A stretch of DNA of 64,000 nt from a virus (lineage: Duplodnaviria > Caudoviricetes): positions 1 through 64,000 of IMG/VR virus record IMGVR_UViG_3300046678_000278; one strand, 5' to 3'. The notes beneath the pieces are model-generated. The model saw only the letters and a list, made by a program, of their open reading frames with translations, searched no databases and was not told where the DNA came from. This document shows, piece by piece, positions 47,950 to 56,619 of this stretch. The number at the start of each line of letters is the position of its first letter. The first letter of the stretch is position 1. Made by a program: the position numbers and the translations under genes.

Positions 47950-49359
47950 ATGCCATTAACAATAAGCGGATACGAACACCTTCATCGTCATAGCGATTTT
48001 TCACTTCTTGATGGTTACGCAAAAGTATGGGAATATGCAGAAAGGTCAAGACATATTGACCAACACTATCTTTGCATAACAGATCACGGAATGATGGCAT
48101 CAGTGCCAAGTCAAATTAGATGCTGTGAAGACATTACAAGAGGCGATATTAAAGAAGAACGCCCTGGACATACACTCAAACCTTTATACGGTGTAGAGCT
48201 ATATGTTCAAGACAAACATTGTAATGAAGATTCTCGTAAAGACCTTTCTCCAGATGAAGCAAAAGAACATCGCAAGTCTTATCACTTATTGGCAATAGCT
48301 CACAATTTAACTGGATATACTAATCTTGTCCAATTAACCAGTTGGGGATGGATAAATGGATTCTACTACAAGCCAAGAGTTACCCACGAACAACTAATGA
48401 AACACAAAGAAGGGGTTACATTCTCTTCTTGTTGTTATATGGGAGAAATTGGGCAAGCATTTGATCGTTACGGACCAGATGCAGCAGAAGCCATGTTAGA
48501 GAAGTATATGGCAATGTTTGGAGAGCATTTCTTTCTAGAATTGATGCTTTTGGACTTTAGTAAGCAGAAGCCATATGATGAATGGCTCATTAAGGCACAC
48601 GATAAATACCATATTCCTTTGATTGTTACTAACGACTGCCATTACTGCAATCAAGAAGATAGCAAGTATCAACGCTATATGTTGATGATCCAAAAGGGTA
48701 CTACCATTGCACAAATAGAGAATAAACTTTTAAAGGGTGATGATGACCAAGACATCTTTGAATTACAAGATAGTAACCTATGGATGAAGTCCGAAAAGGA
48801 AATGAATGACAAGTGGCTTTCGATGTATTCAGATGTTATTCCACTAGAGTTATTTGAACAAGCTAAAGCAAATACAATTAAGATATGCGAAAAAGCAAGC
48901 AACGTTGAAATTAATAGAGAAGCCAAGCTGCCACAACTACCAAATGAAAAAGAGAAGTTTTTAGAGCAAATAGAAGCTGGTTTGAAGTGGCGAGGTTTGT
49001 ATACTAAGAAGAAATATCGTGATAGATTAGTGGAAGAAGCAAGTTTGATTCTAAGGAAGGGATTCGCAAGTTACTTCTTAATCCAAAAGATGTTTACAGA
49101 TGAAGCCAGAAGGGTTTGTCCTAAATATCTAGGATGGGGAACAGGACATGAGGCTGTTGGTCCTGGTCGTGGTTCCGGTGTTGGTTCTCTTTGTAATTAC
49201 GTCTTAGGTATTACAGACGTTGATCCTATTAAACATGGTCTTCTATTTTCAAGATTTTTAAGTGAATCCCGTGGTGGAAAGATTATCAGAACAAGATTTT
49301 CAAAAGCACCACTTCCTCTAGACGTTGAGATTTTTGATGAAAAAGATAATACACATTAA
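47950..49359 (+). CDS. dnaE: DNA polymerase III alpha subunit, N-terminal half (PHP domain and start of palm)
   Basis: HLHRHSDFSLLDG, TDHG, GFYYKPR, TNDCHY, GPGRGS.VGSL..YVLGITDVDP...LLF.RFL; ends before PDIDxD. Confidence 0.9.
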   Translation: MPLTISGYEHLHRHSDFSLLDGYAKVWEYAERSRHIDQHYLCITDHGMMASVPSQIRCCEDITRGDIKEERPGHTLKPLYGVELYVQDKHCNEDSRKDLSPDEAKEHRKSYHLLAIAHNLTGYTNLVQLTSWGWINGFYYKPRVTHEQLMKHKEGVTFSSCCYMGEIGQAFDRYGPDAAEAMLEKYMAMFGEHFFLELMLLDFSKQKPYDEWLIKAHDKYHIPLIVTNDCHYCNQEDSKYQRYMLMIQKGTTIAQIENKLLKGDDDQDIFELQDSNLWMKSEKEMNDKWLSMYSDVIPLELFEQAKANTIKICEKASNVEINREAKLPQLPNEKEKFLEQIEAGLKWRGLYTKKKYRDRLVEEASLILRKGFASYFLIQKMFTDEARRVCPKYLGWGTGHEAVGPGRGSGVGSLCNYVLGITDVDPIKHGLLFSRFLSESRGGKIIRTRFSKAPLPLDVEIFDEKDNTH

Positions 49360-49558
49360 CCAACATATCATTAAAGCTAATCGTAAGAATGGCACTAATG
49401 ACCCAGTTATAACTGTTAAGACTTATAAATCTAATCAATATGCTCGTAAGATAAAAATCAATGGGCCTAGTGAAATTGTCTATAACCCAGAAAAGCCATT
49501 ATCTTGTGGTGCGCACGTTTGGTTGGAATGTAATTGCGAAGTTGAAATTATTGAATGA
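49337..49558 (+). CDS. Conserved small phage protein
   Basis: KKIIHINQH.I..N...P.ITVK...GPS..VY.P.KPLSCGA.VW.E layout recalled from other phages. Confidence 0.6.
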   Translation: MKKIIHINQHIIKANRKNGTNDPVITVKTYKSNQYARKIKINGPSEIVYNPEKPLSCGAHVWLECNCEVEIIE

Positions 49559-50824
49559 TTATTTCTTTTTGCAATTAACACAGTAATCACTCATATGGGC
49601 AAACATATGTGGATAACCGCCCATTTCTTCTATCATGTTACCGTGAGCAGTTTCGCCTTTAAGTTTAGGCATTGGAGGAGCACCAGGAGGTACACCTTGT
49701 CCCATATCTAGTCCACCGCCACCAGCTGGAGGAATTGGAGGAGGAGCGCCGGGCATACCAGCAGGGGCACTAGGACCAGCCCCAGGCATTCCTGCCCCAG
49801 GACTTCCGCCCATTCCGCCAGCACCTCCCATAGGACCACCGCCACCGAAAGCACCACCCATAGTAGGACTTTGCATTGTAGGACTTCCACCACCATTATT
49901 AAGTTGTGGACCTCCGCCCCCGCCCATAGAACCACCTTGAGGGGTTACTAATCTTGCTGGGGCACTTTGACTTGGGTTTTGTGGACCTTTTCCTATAGGG
50001 CCACCATCTTCAAAAGCTAAGTCTACTTTTGGTTGTACTTCTTCATTAATCTTTTGTTCCATTACATACTTATTAAGAGCATCCATGTATTGTTCATTCA
50101 TAGCTCTAGAAATTCTCTTGCAACGCTTTCGGCCTTCTTCCGGTGCAGCCATACCTTCTGCAAGCATAGTATAAAATTCTGGATGACTAAAGTTTTCATT
50201 TAGTAATTGCCCCATACCACCGTCATGTCTTTTCATTTCACGAACAAAGCGACTTAATAGCCGTGGATTTTTCACCATGAGCGCAGCCATATATTGCATT
50301 GTTTGATTTGGGTCTGGGGTGAATTGATTGCCGTATAAGTCTGTTATTGTTGGCAGCGGCTCATCACTGCCTTCGACGAAAAAATTTATAAAACCCTCCG
50401 GAGATAAATCCTTGGTTTGTTCAATGAAACTCTCAGATTTCATCTTTTGGCTTTTAACTTTTTCTATACGAATATCGGGCTTTTCGCCAAGAGCCGCAGA
50501 GTTCTCTGGTGTTTGGACTTTGTTACCCTTAAAGGCAAATCCAGACTTAACATCGTCTTCGTCATGAACTAGAAGTTTGTTCTGTTCTTGATCTTTTACT
50601 TCACCACCTTTGTATGGTAGTGGGTCTTCTTTAGTGCCTTTTACTGGGTTAGTTGACATTTGGCCTTTATAATCCCTGCCAGCTAGACTTTTCTTTAGAT
50701 CAAGTAGGTGTGGACCTTTATCTGCCTTTGGTATGTCCTGATTAGGAATTGAGCCGTTATTATCAGCCAGTCCCTTTTCCTTCGCCTCAGCGAAAGACTT
50801 AAAACTTTTCTTAAAATTGCTCAT
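49559..50824 (-). CDS. Probable internal head protein with G/P/M-rich disordered region
   Basis: Starts MSNFKKSFKSFAEAKE; C-terminal CxxC. Confidence 0.6.
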   Translation of the reverse strand: MSNFKKSFKSFAEAKEKGLADNNGSIPNQDIPKADKGPHLLDLKKSLAGRDYKGQMSTNPVKGTKEDPLPYKGGEVKDQEQNKLLVHDEDDVKSGFAFKGNKVQTPENSAALGEKPDIRIEKVKSQKMKSESFIEQTKDLSPEGFINFFVEGSDEPLPTITDLYGNQFTPDPNQTMQYMAALMVKNPRLLSRFVREMKRHDGGMGQLLNENFSHPEFYTMLAEGMAAPEEGRKRCKRISRAMNEQYMDALNKYVMEQKINEEVQPKVDLAFEDGGPIGKGPQNPSQSAPARLVTPQGGSMGGGGGPQLNNGGGSPTMQSPTMGGAFGGGGPMGGAGGMGGSPGAGMPGAGPSAPAGMPGAPPPIPPAGGGGLDMGQGVPPGAPPMPKLKGETAHGNMIEEMGGYPHMFAHMSDYCVNCKKK

Positions 50825-50914
50825 TCGGTTCTCCATAGAGTTAAGATTATATATGATTTATAATGTAAAAATAGCATTGTCAAGGGGATAAATAGTTTGT
50901 AAAGTAATAGATAC

Positions 50915-51493
50915 ATGGTGATACAAATGGATAACAATCAGAAACAGATCGTTCTTGGAACGCTTTTAGGCAATGGATATATTTGTCAAGGCACTAAAAA
51001 CAGCTATCTTTGTATACGACATAGCATGAAGCATCTAGAATGGCTTAAAAATAAAGCTAGTGGCATATCAAAGTATGGTGCGGCTACTCCTATGTACATT
51101 AGTGGAACTACTTGCACATGGCGGTCTATATCACATCCTATCTTTACAGACCTTCGCAAGTTTTGTTATCCAAATGGTCAAAAACAAGTTTGTATGGAGT
51201 GGCTAGATCAATTAACGGACTTTGGTATTGCAGTATGGTATGGCGATTCGGGAACACTGATGGGCAGAAAACAAAAGAATGCCTGTTTAAGAACTCAATC
51301 TTATGGACTAGAAGGTAATAAAATTATAGAACAATTCTTTAACGAAGTCAATATACCATGCCATCTTAACAAATCTAGAAATAGTTATGTAGTGGTTTTT
51401 ACAGTGCCAGGAACAGAAAAACTCATAAGATTGATAGGTATGCATCTACCTAAAAACAGGTATCCAAAAATACTTAGTGGTAGTTTCAAATAA
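50915..51493 (+). CDS. Free-standing LAGLIDADG-family protein, probably nuclease-inactive
   Basis: VLGTLLGNG and IAVWYGDSG motifs. Confidence 0.75.
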   Translation: MVIQMDNNQKQIVLGTLLGNGYICQGTKNSYLCIRHSMKHLEWLKNKASGISKYGAATPMYISGTTCTWRSISHPIFTDLRKFCYPNGQKQVCMEWLDQLTDFGIAVWYGDSGTLMGRKQKNACLRTQSYGLEGNKIIEQFFNEVNIPCHLNKSRNSYVVVFTVPGTEKLIRLIGMHLPKNRYPKILSGSFK

Positions 51494-51534
51494 GATTGAC
51501 AATTACAGTAATTGTGATAGTATAACTTTATTAA

Positions 51535-54003
51535 ATGAACAATATAATAAAAATAGAAAACCAATATAGTTGGTTTTTATCTGATAATGAAACTATAAAA
51601 ACAATTCTTTGGAAAATGCTAAGATTTAGAGCCAGGAATTATTTTCACAATGTTCGTTATAAGATGAAAGTATGGGATGGATTTGATGATTTCTTCAAGA
51701 AAGATTCTGGAAGATTTCTAACAGGTCTATTGCCAGAAGTCCAAATGGTTCTTAGAACTAAAAAAATAGAATATACAATTAATGACACCAGAGAGCCATT
51801 TAAGTGGAATATAGATAAAATAGATGCTTCTTACCTCAATGAAGGTCCAAATCCAGTAGCCGAATTGCGTGATTATCAAGTAGATTATGTTAATTACGTT
51901 ATTACCAACTGGCGTGGTCTTATAACATCTCCGACTGCTAGTGGCAAAGCACAGCCATTAGATTCTAAGGTTTATACACCATCAGGCCCAGTAAAAATGG
52001 GAGATTTGAAAATTGGTGATTATGTCTGTACGCCTTCTGGAAATGTTTCAAAAATAATAAACATTTACCCACAAGGAGATAAAGATGTATATTGTATTAC
52101 TTTTACGAATGGGGATAAAGTAGAATGCTGTGCAGATCATTTATGGAAAGTTGATGCAATTATTGATGATTGGAAAGATAAGATAAAAGACACCAAATAT
52201 CTTATTGAAAATTGCCACAATCCTTCCGGTCGTCCAAAATATAGTATAAAAACTCCAACATGTGTGTTTTTTACTACAAAACCATTGCAAATGAATCCAT
52301 ATTTAATGGGGGCATTAATTGGAGATGGCAATCTTACAAATTCAATTAAGTTTTCTAATGTAGATGAAGAAATATTGAATAATGTAAAATTAATTTTACA
52401 AGAAGATTATCATTTACGATATATTGCAAAATGTGATTATGCGATAGTTAAAAAAGTAGGCAATAATTATAAATCAAAAACAGACCAAAAAAACATCTAT
52501 GTTGATGCTATGAGATTTTATGAATTAATGGGCAAAAAGTCACAAGATAAATTCATACCAAAAGATTTCAAATATAATTCAATAGAAAATAGATTGTTAT
52601 TAATTAAGGGATTAATGGATACGGATGGATATGTAGATCAAAATGGTTATTTAGAATATTGTACTTGTTCAAAACAATTATCACTAGATGTTAAAGAGGT
52701 AATTGAATCTCTTGGTGGAATGTGTAGAATTAGAACAAAACAGTCATATTATGTTTATAACAATGAGAAAAAGTCCGGTAAAATATCATACATTATTTCA
52801 ATAGGCATTCAAAACTCAAGTGCATTATTGAACTTAACTAGAAAAAAAATTAGATGTAAAAACAATAGAAAAAACATGATGTGTAGAGTTATATCAAAAA
52901 TTGAAAAAGTTGGCACTAAACCTTGTCAGTGTATCTTAATTGATAATGAAGATCATCTTTATTTGACTGACCATATGATACCAACACATAATACCAATAC
53001 AATGAAGGCAATTATCAAGGCTCTACCCCCAAAGACGCCTACGCTTATTCTAGCAAATAAGAGAAGCCTTGTACACGCCAACTATGAAGAAATCAAATCT
53101 CTCGGTATTGATTGGGTTGGAAGGCTATATGATAAGAAGAAAGACCCAAATTTTATTACTTGTGCTACGGTTCAGAGTGCTCATTTATTAAAGGCAATTC
53201 TACCAAAAATTAAAGTTTTAATTGTAGATGAAGTCCATGAAATGATGAGCAAGATTCCTAAGAGAGTATATAATTCACTTAAAAATTGCGGGGTTAGAGT
53301 AGGAATGTCAGCCACCCCATTCAAGTTTGGCGGCAAAGATGAATGTCAGAAGTTTGAAGTTAAAGGTTATTTTGGGCCAATCTTCTTAACAGATTCTACA
53401 GAAAGTGGTAAATTAACAACCAAAGAGTTAATTGATAGAGAAATTCTGTCTACTGCTAATTGTACATTCTATCACGTTAATGAACCTAAGTTGCCATATG
53501 AAATCTACTTAGATGCTGTAACAAAAGGCATTGCAGAGAATGAATATTTCCATAAGTTAGTTGTAAAACTAGTAAAGAAACTTACGGGTAGAACGCTTAT
53601 TATTGTAGAAAGATTGGCTCACGGTGATAGATTACAAGAATTAATGCCTAATGCCTTGTGGGTGCGTGGTAAAGACGATATAGAAACAAGACAGGTAATT
53701 ATAGAAAGACTAAAGAATGAAGAGGGAGATGTCGTTGCTATAGCTACTTCTGGAATCTTTAATACGGGTATTAACGTCTTTTGCCATAATCTTATTAATG
53801 CTGCTGGTGGACAAGCAGACCATCAAATCATTCAGAGGTTTGGTAGAGGATTGCGTAGAGCTAAAGATAAGGAAAATCTAGAGTATTATGATTTTATGTT
53901 TAATATCAATGATTACCTAGACAAGCATTCTCGCAGAAGAGTTAGTATATTGGAAAAAGAAGGTCATAAAGTAACAGTTTTAGAAAAAGGTATAGAACCA
54001 TGA
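51535..54003 (+). CDS. UvsW-like SF2 helicase with intein
   Basis: LRDYQ, SPTASGK|T, IVDEVH, GMSATP, IQRFGRGLR; TTGACA promoter at 51496. Confidence 0.9.
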   Translation: MNNIIKIENQYSWFLSDNETIKTILWKMLRFRARNYFHNVRYKMKVWDGFDDFFKKDSGRFLTGLLPEVQMVLRTKKIEYTINDTREPFKWNIDKIDASYLNEGPNPVAELRDYQVDYVNYVITNWRGLITSPTASGKAQPLDSKVYTPSGPVKMGDLKIGDYVCTPSGNVSKIINIYPQGDKDVYCITFTNGDKVECCADHLWKVDAIIDDWKDKIKDTKYLIENCHNPSGRPKYSIKTPTCVFFTTKPLQMNPYLMGALIGDGNLTNSIKFSNVDEEILNNVKLILQEDYHLRYIAKCDYAIVKKVGNNYKSKTDQKNIYVDAMRFYELMGKKSQDKFIPKDFKYNSIENRLLLIKGLMDTDGYVDQNGYLEYCTCSKQLSLDVKEVIESLGGMCRIRTKQSYYVYNNEKKSGKISYIISIGIQNSSALLNLTRKKIRCKNNRKNMMCRVISKIEKVGTKPCQCILIDNEDHLYLTDHMIPTHNTNTMKAIIKALPPKTPTLILANKRSLVHANYEEIKSLGIDWVGRLYDKKKDPNFITCATVQSAHLLKAILPKIKVLIVDEVHEMMSKIPKRVYNSLKNCGVRVGMSATPFKFGGKDECQKFEVKGYFGPIFLTDSTESGKLTTKELIDREILSTANCTFYHVNEPKLPYEIYLDAVTKGIAENEYFHKLVVKLVKKLTGRTLIIVERLAHGDRLQELMPNALWVRGKDDIETRQVIIERLKNEEGDVVAIATSGIFNTGINVFCHNLINAAGGQADHQIIQRFGRGLRRAKDKENLEYYDFMFNINDYLDKHSRRRVSILEKEGHKVTVLEKGIEP
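51949..52992 (+). mobile_element. Class 3 intein with LAGLIDADG endonuclease, 348 aa, inserted in the helicase P-loop
   Basis: Begins AQPLDS and ends IPTHN before Thr+1; DHLW, CQCI and THN form a WCT signature; GALIGDG and GLMDTDG. Confidence 0.85.
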
Positions 54004-54362
54004 CATTGTTTCAGAAAAAGAACTTTGTATTAAAGAGCGGCAAAGAGACTGACTGGAAGATAGAAGCAGATTCACTAACATTAGAAGACTTAGACACTTT
54101 AGCCTTATTGGTTAGTAAAAAGTATAACTTTTCAAAGGTTTATGGTGTTCCCACTGGGGCGGTTAGATTTGCAAAGGCATGTGAACCTTATTGCAAACCA
54201 GGGCATCCGATATTGATTGTTGAGGATGTGGTTACAACAGGTGGAAGTATGGAAAGATACCGCAAAGAGTTAAATCTTACAGGAGATGTAATAGGCGTCT
54301 CTATTTTTGCTAGAGGAACCTATCCTGATTGGATTCACCCCATGTTTATTTTTTGGGATTAA
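54000..54362 (+). CDS. Short orotate-phosphoribosyltransferase-like PRTase
   Basis: FVLKSG, GVPTGA, IVEDVVTTGGS PRPP-binding motif. Confidence 0.75.
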   Translation: MTLFQKKNFVLKSGKETDWKIEADSLTLEDLDTLALLVSKKYNFSKVYGVPTGAVRFAKACEPYCKPGHPILIVEDVVTTGGSMERYRKELNLTGDVIGVSIFARGTYPDWIHPMFIFWD

Positions 54363-54670
54363 ACAATAATTTCTTTAATTTGAGCGCCACCATTAGGGGA
54401 TGGGTCGATTGTTCTCTGGAAACTCTCTTCACTTGTTTCCTTATTAATTAGCTTTTGTTCCTTGAGAATGACTTTGCCCCAAATCTGCTTTTTGACAGAT
54501 GTAATAGGATCATGCCAATCTTGGGCGTACATTTCAGGTACATTTACCTCGGCGCTGCGTTGAAATGCCAAGTATTGCTTACTTGTTTGTTTTTTATCGG
54601 GTTTCCATGTGCCAAGTGTTACTTCACAGAATGGATCAACTTTTTGTACTTTTTGGAATGAATTACTCAT
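54359..54670 (-). CDS. Hypothetical protein
   Basis: 103-aa ORF. Confidence 0.5.
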   Translation of the reverse strand: MSNSFQKVQKVDPFCEVTLGTWKPDKKQTSKQYLAFQRSAEVNVPEMYAQDWHDPITSVKKQIWGKVILKEQKLINKETSEESFQRTIDPSPNGGAQIKEIIV

Positions 54671-54683
54671 ATCATAAAATAGT

Positions 54684-54721
54684 AGAAGGACCGGAATTTT
54701 TCATCCGGTCCTTCTTTTTTT
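54684..54721. terminator. Hairpin terminator
   Basis: agaaggaccgga-atttttca-tccggtccttct followed by a T-run. Confidence 0.7.
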
Positions 54722-54735
54722 GCAATTTTCTTGTT

Positions 54736-55032
54736 TTACACTGTCGGTTTCACCATGATAGGCATGAACGGCACGTTTATCTCTTGCGGGAACGGCAAAT
54801 CCCGTTGTGTTTCCCAATGGCCAGAATCAGGCATACCTTGCCATTTTTGAAGTGAAATTGACTTCGCTCGTGATCGTTCCTCATCATCAAGGAGTTCAAA
54901 CCACGGCGTATCGTAGTATTCTTGGACTTGGTTAAAGTTTTGCCCCAGACAGAGCAAACCTTCTTCACCATTGCTGTATGTCACCAAAGCTCGCCAACGT
55001 TGCGGTCTGGCTTCCGTAAGATTTTGCTTCAT
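54736..55032 (-). CDS. Hypothetical protein, GC-richer, with its own promoter
   Basis: AAGGGA SD; promoter at 55073-55101. Confidence 0.65.
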   Translation of the reverse strand: MKQNLTEARPQRWRALVTYSNGEEGLLCLGQNFNQVQEYYDTPWFELLDDEERSRAKSISLQKWQGMPDSGHWETQRDLPFPQEINVPFMPIMVKPTV

Positions 55033-55072
55033 GATTTCCCTTTTTTGAATGGGACAAAGATATCACGATTCC

Positions 55073-55101
55073 ATATTACCACGACAAAAGAATAATGTCA
55101 A
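55073..55101 (-). promoter_or_regulatory. Sigma70-type promoter
   Basis: Minus-strand TTGACA-N17-TAATAT with extended TG. Confidence 0.65.
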
Positions 55102-55135
55102 GCAAAAAAATACAAAAAATTCGATAAATAAAGAT

Positions 55136-55516
55136 ATGACAACAAAATCGTTTTTCTCTGCCTCAACTTTATTCCGGGAACTTGGCGAACCTGCTGGTGC
55201 TCCCCCTGGTGGAGCTCCTGCTGGCGGTCCCCCTGGTGCTGATCCTATGAGTGGCGGAATGGGTGCTCCTCCCGGTGGTCCTCCTATGGGTGGTGGAATG
55301 GGTGGTCCTCCTGGTGGTGATCCAATGGGCGGTCAACAACAAGCACCTATTGAGATTAAATCTATTCCGGCAGCAGATGTTTGGAAGTTGCTAGAGAAAA
55401 TTGTTAAAGATGATAAGTATAAAAAATTCTTTGATGAAATCAATATCACCAAGCAACAAGATCAAACTGTTTATAGTAAAAAACCGGATAAAGAAAAAAC
55501 TAGTTTACAAAAATAA
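55136..55516 (+). CDS. G/P/M-rich hypothetical protein
   Basis: Start MTTKSFF 5 nt after GATAAATA; GAPPGG repeats. Confidence 0.6.
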   Translation: MTTKSFFSASTLFRELGEPAGAPPGGAPAGGPPGADPMSGGMGAPPGGPPMGGGMGGPPGGDPMGGQQQAPIEIKSIPAADVWKLLEKIVKDDKYKKFFDEINITKQQDQTVYSKKPDKEKTSLQK

Positions 55517-55587
55517 ATTAGATATTGATTTTTAGATTTGGTATGCTATTATGATTACACCTATAATCTATATTTACTAAATCAACA

Positions 55588-56619
55588 ATGTCAAAAATAT
55601 TATTTTTCAGCGATATTCATATACATGCGCATAAAGGCAAAGAATCAAGATTACAAGATTGTCTAGATGCTTTATACTGGGTGTTTAATACAGCCCGTGA
55701 GCGCAACATTAAAGATGTTGTGTTTGCGGGTGATTTGTTTCAAGATAGAACAAACATTAAAGTTTATACCTATCATCAAACATATAAAGTATTCACACAA
55801 TTCTCTGACTTAAATATCTGGTTACTTCTAGGTAATCATGACTTATGGTATTCAGAAAAAGCTGATATCAGTAGTGTTATTCCTATTGGCGCTCTCAGCT
55901 ATGTTAACGTCATAGATAAACCAACAACAATAAAGATCGCTGGAATAGACATTGATTTTCTGCCTTATACACAAAATCCGATTGCTATATTGGCAGATAA
56001 CTTTGATACAAGAGCGCCAATATTAGTTGGTCATATTGCTGTTGATGGGGCAACTCTCAATTTTAATCACAATATCAAAGCAGAAGTTTCCGTTGAATAT
56101 GAAAATGATATGATGCCTGTAAGTAAAGATTTATTTGATGGTTATCAGAAAGTCTTTCTGGGACATTATCATGGATCGCAAAAATTAAATAATGTTGTAG
56201 AATACATTGGATCAACTTTACAATTAAATTTTGGCGAAGCTAATCAGAAGAAGCATATTATAGTTTTCGACACCGAGACATTTGGCGTAGAATACATTGA
56301 GAACACATTTTCACCAAAGCATTACATCATAAAAGCCGAAGAAGTTGATAAGTATGATTTGGGTTCAAACTTCTTTAATGTTATTATTGACGATATTAGT
56401 CAGGTTGATATTCTAGAAATGAAGTCTAAACTTATCAAAGAATCAGATGCTACTTTTCATTTTATTCATAGCAAAAGTAATCAAGTAGAAGATAAGTTAA
56501 ATCAAAAATTTGATTTAGTAGAGGGAGATGTTCTAGAGCGATATGTCAAGACAATCCAGCATGAATTAGATGAAGGTATGCTATTAAAAATTGGGAAGGA
56601 GATTTGCATTGCAAATTAA
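55588..56619 (+). CDS. SbcD/Mre11 (gp47-like) nuclease
   Basis: SDIH, GDLF, GNHD, GH, LGHYH. Confidence 0.9.
   Translation: MSKILFFSDIHIHAHKGKESRLQDCLDALYWVFNTARERNIKDVVFAGDLFQDRTNIKVYTYHQTYKVFTQFSDLNIWLLLGNHDLWYSEKADISSVIPIGALSYVNVIDKPTTIKIAGIDIDFLPYTQNPIAILADNFDTRAPILVGHIAVDGATLNFNHNIKAEVSVEYENDMMPVSKDLFDGYQKVFLGHYHGSQKLNNVVEYIGSTLQLNFGEANQKKHIIVFDTETFGVEYIENTFSPKHYIIKAEEVDKYDLGSNFFNVIIDDISQVDILEMKSKLIKESDATFHFIHSKSNQVEDKLNQKFDLVEGDVLERYVKTIQHELDEGMLLKIGKEICIAN

Noticed and set aside
49260-49560. Split intein or programmed frameshift completing dnaE
   Set aside because: No intein block A follows the break, no PDIDxD was seen downstream, and the following sequence encodes an unrelated conserved protein. 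PLDVEIF is only superficially similar to the catalytic motif.
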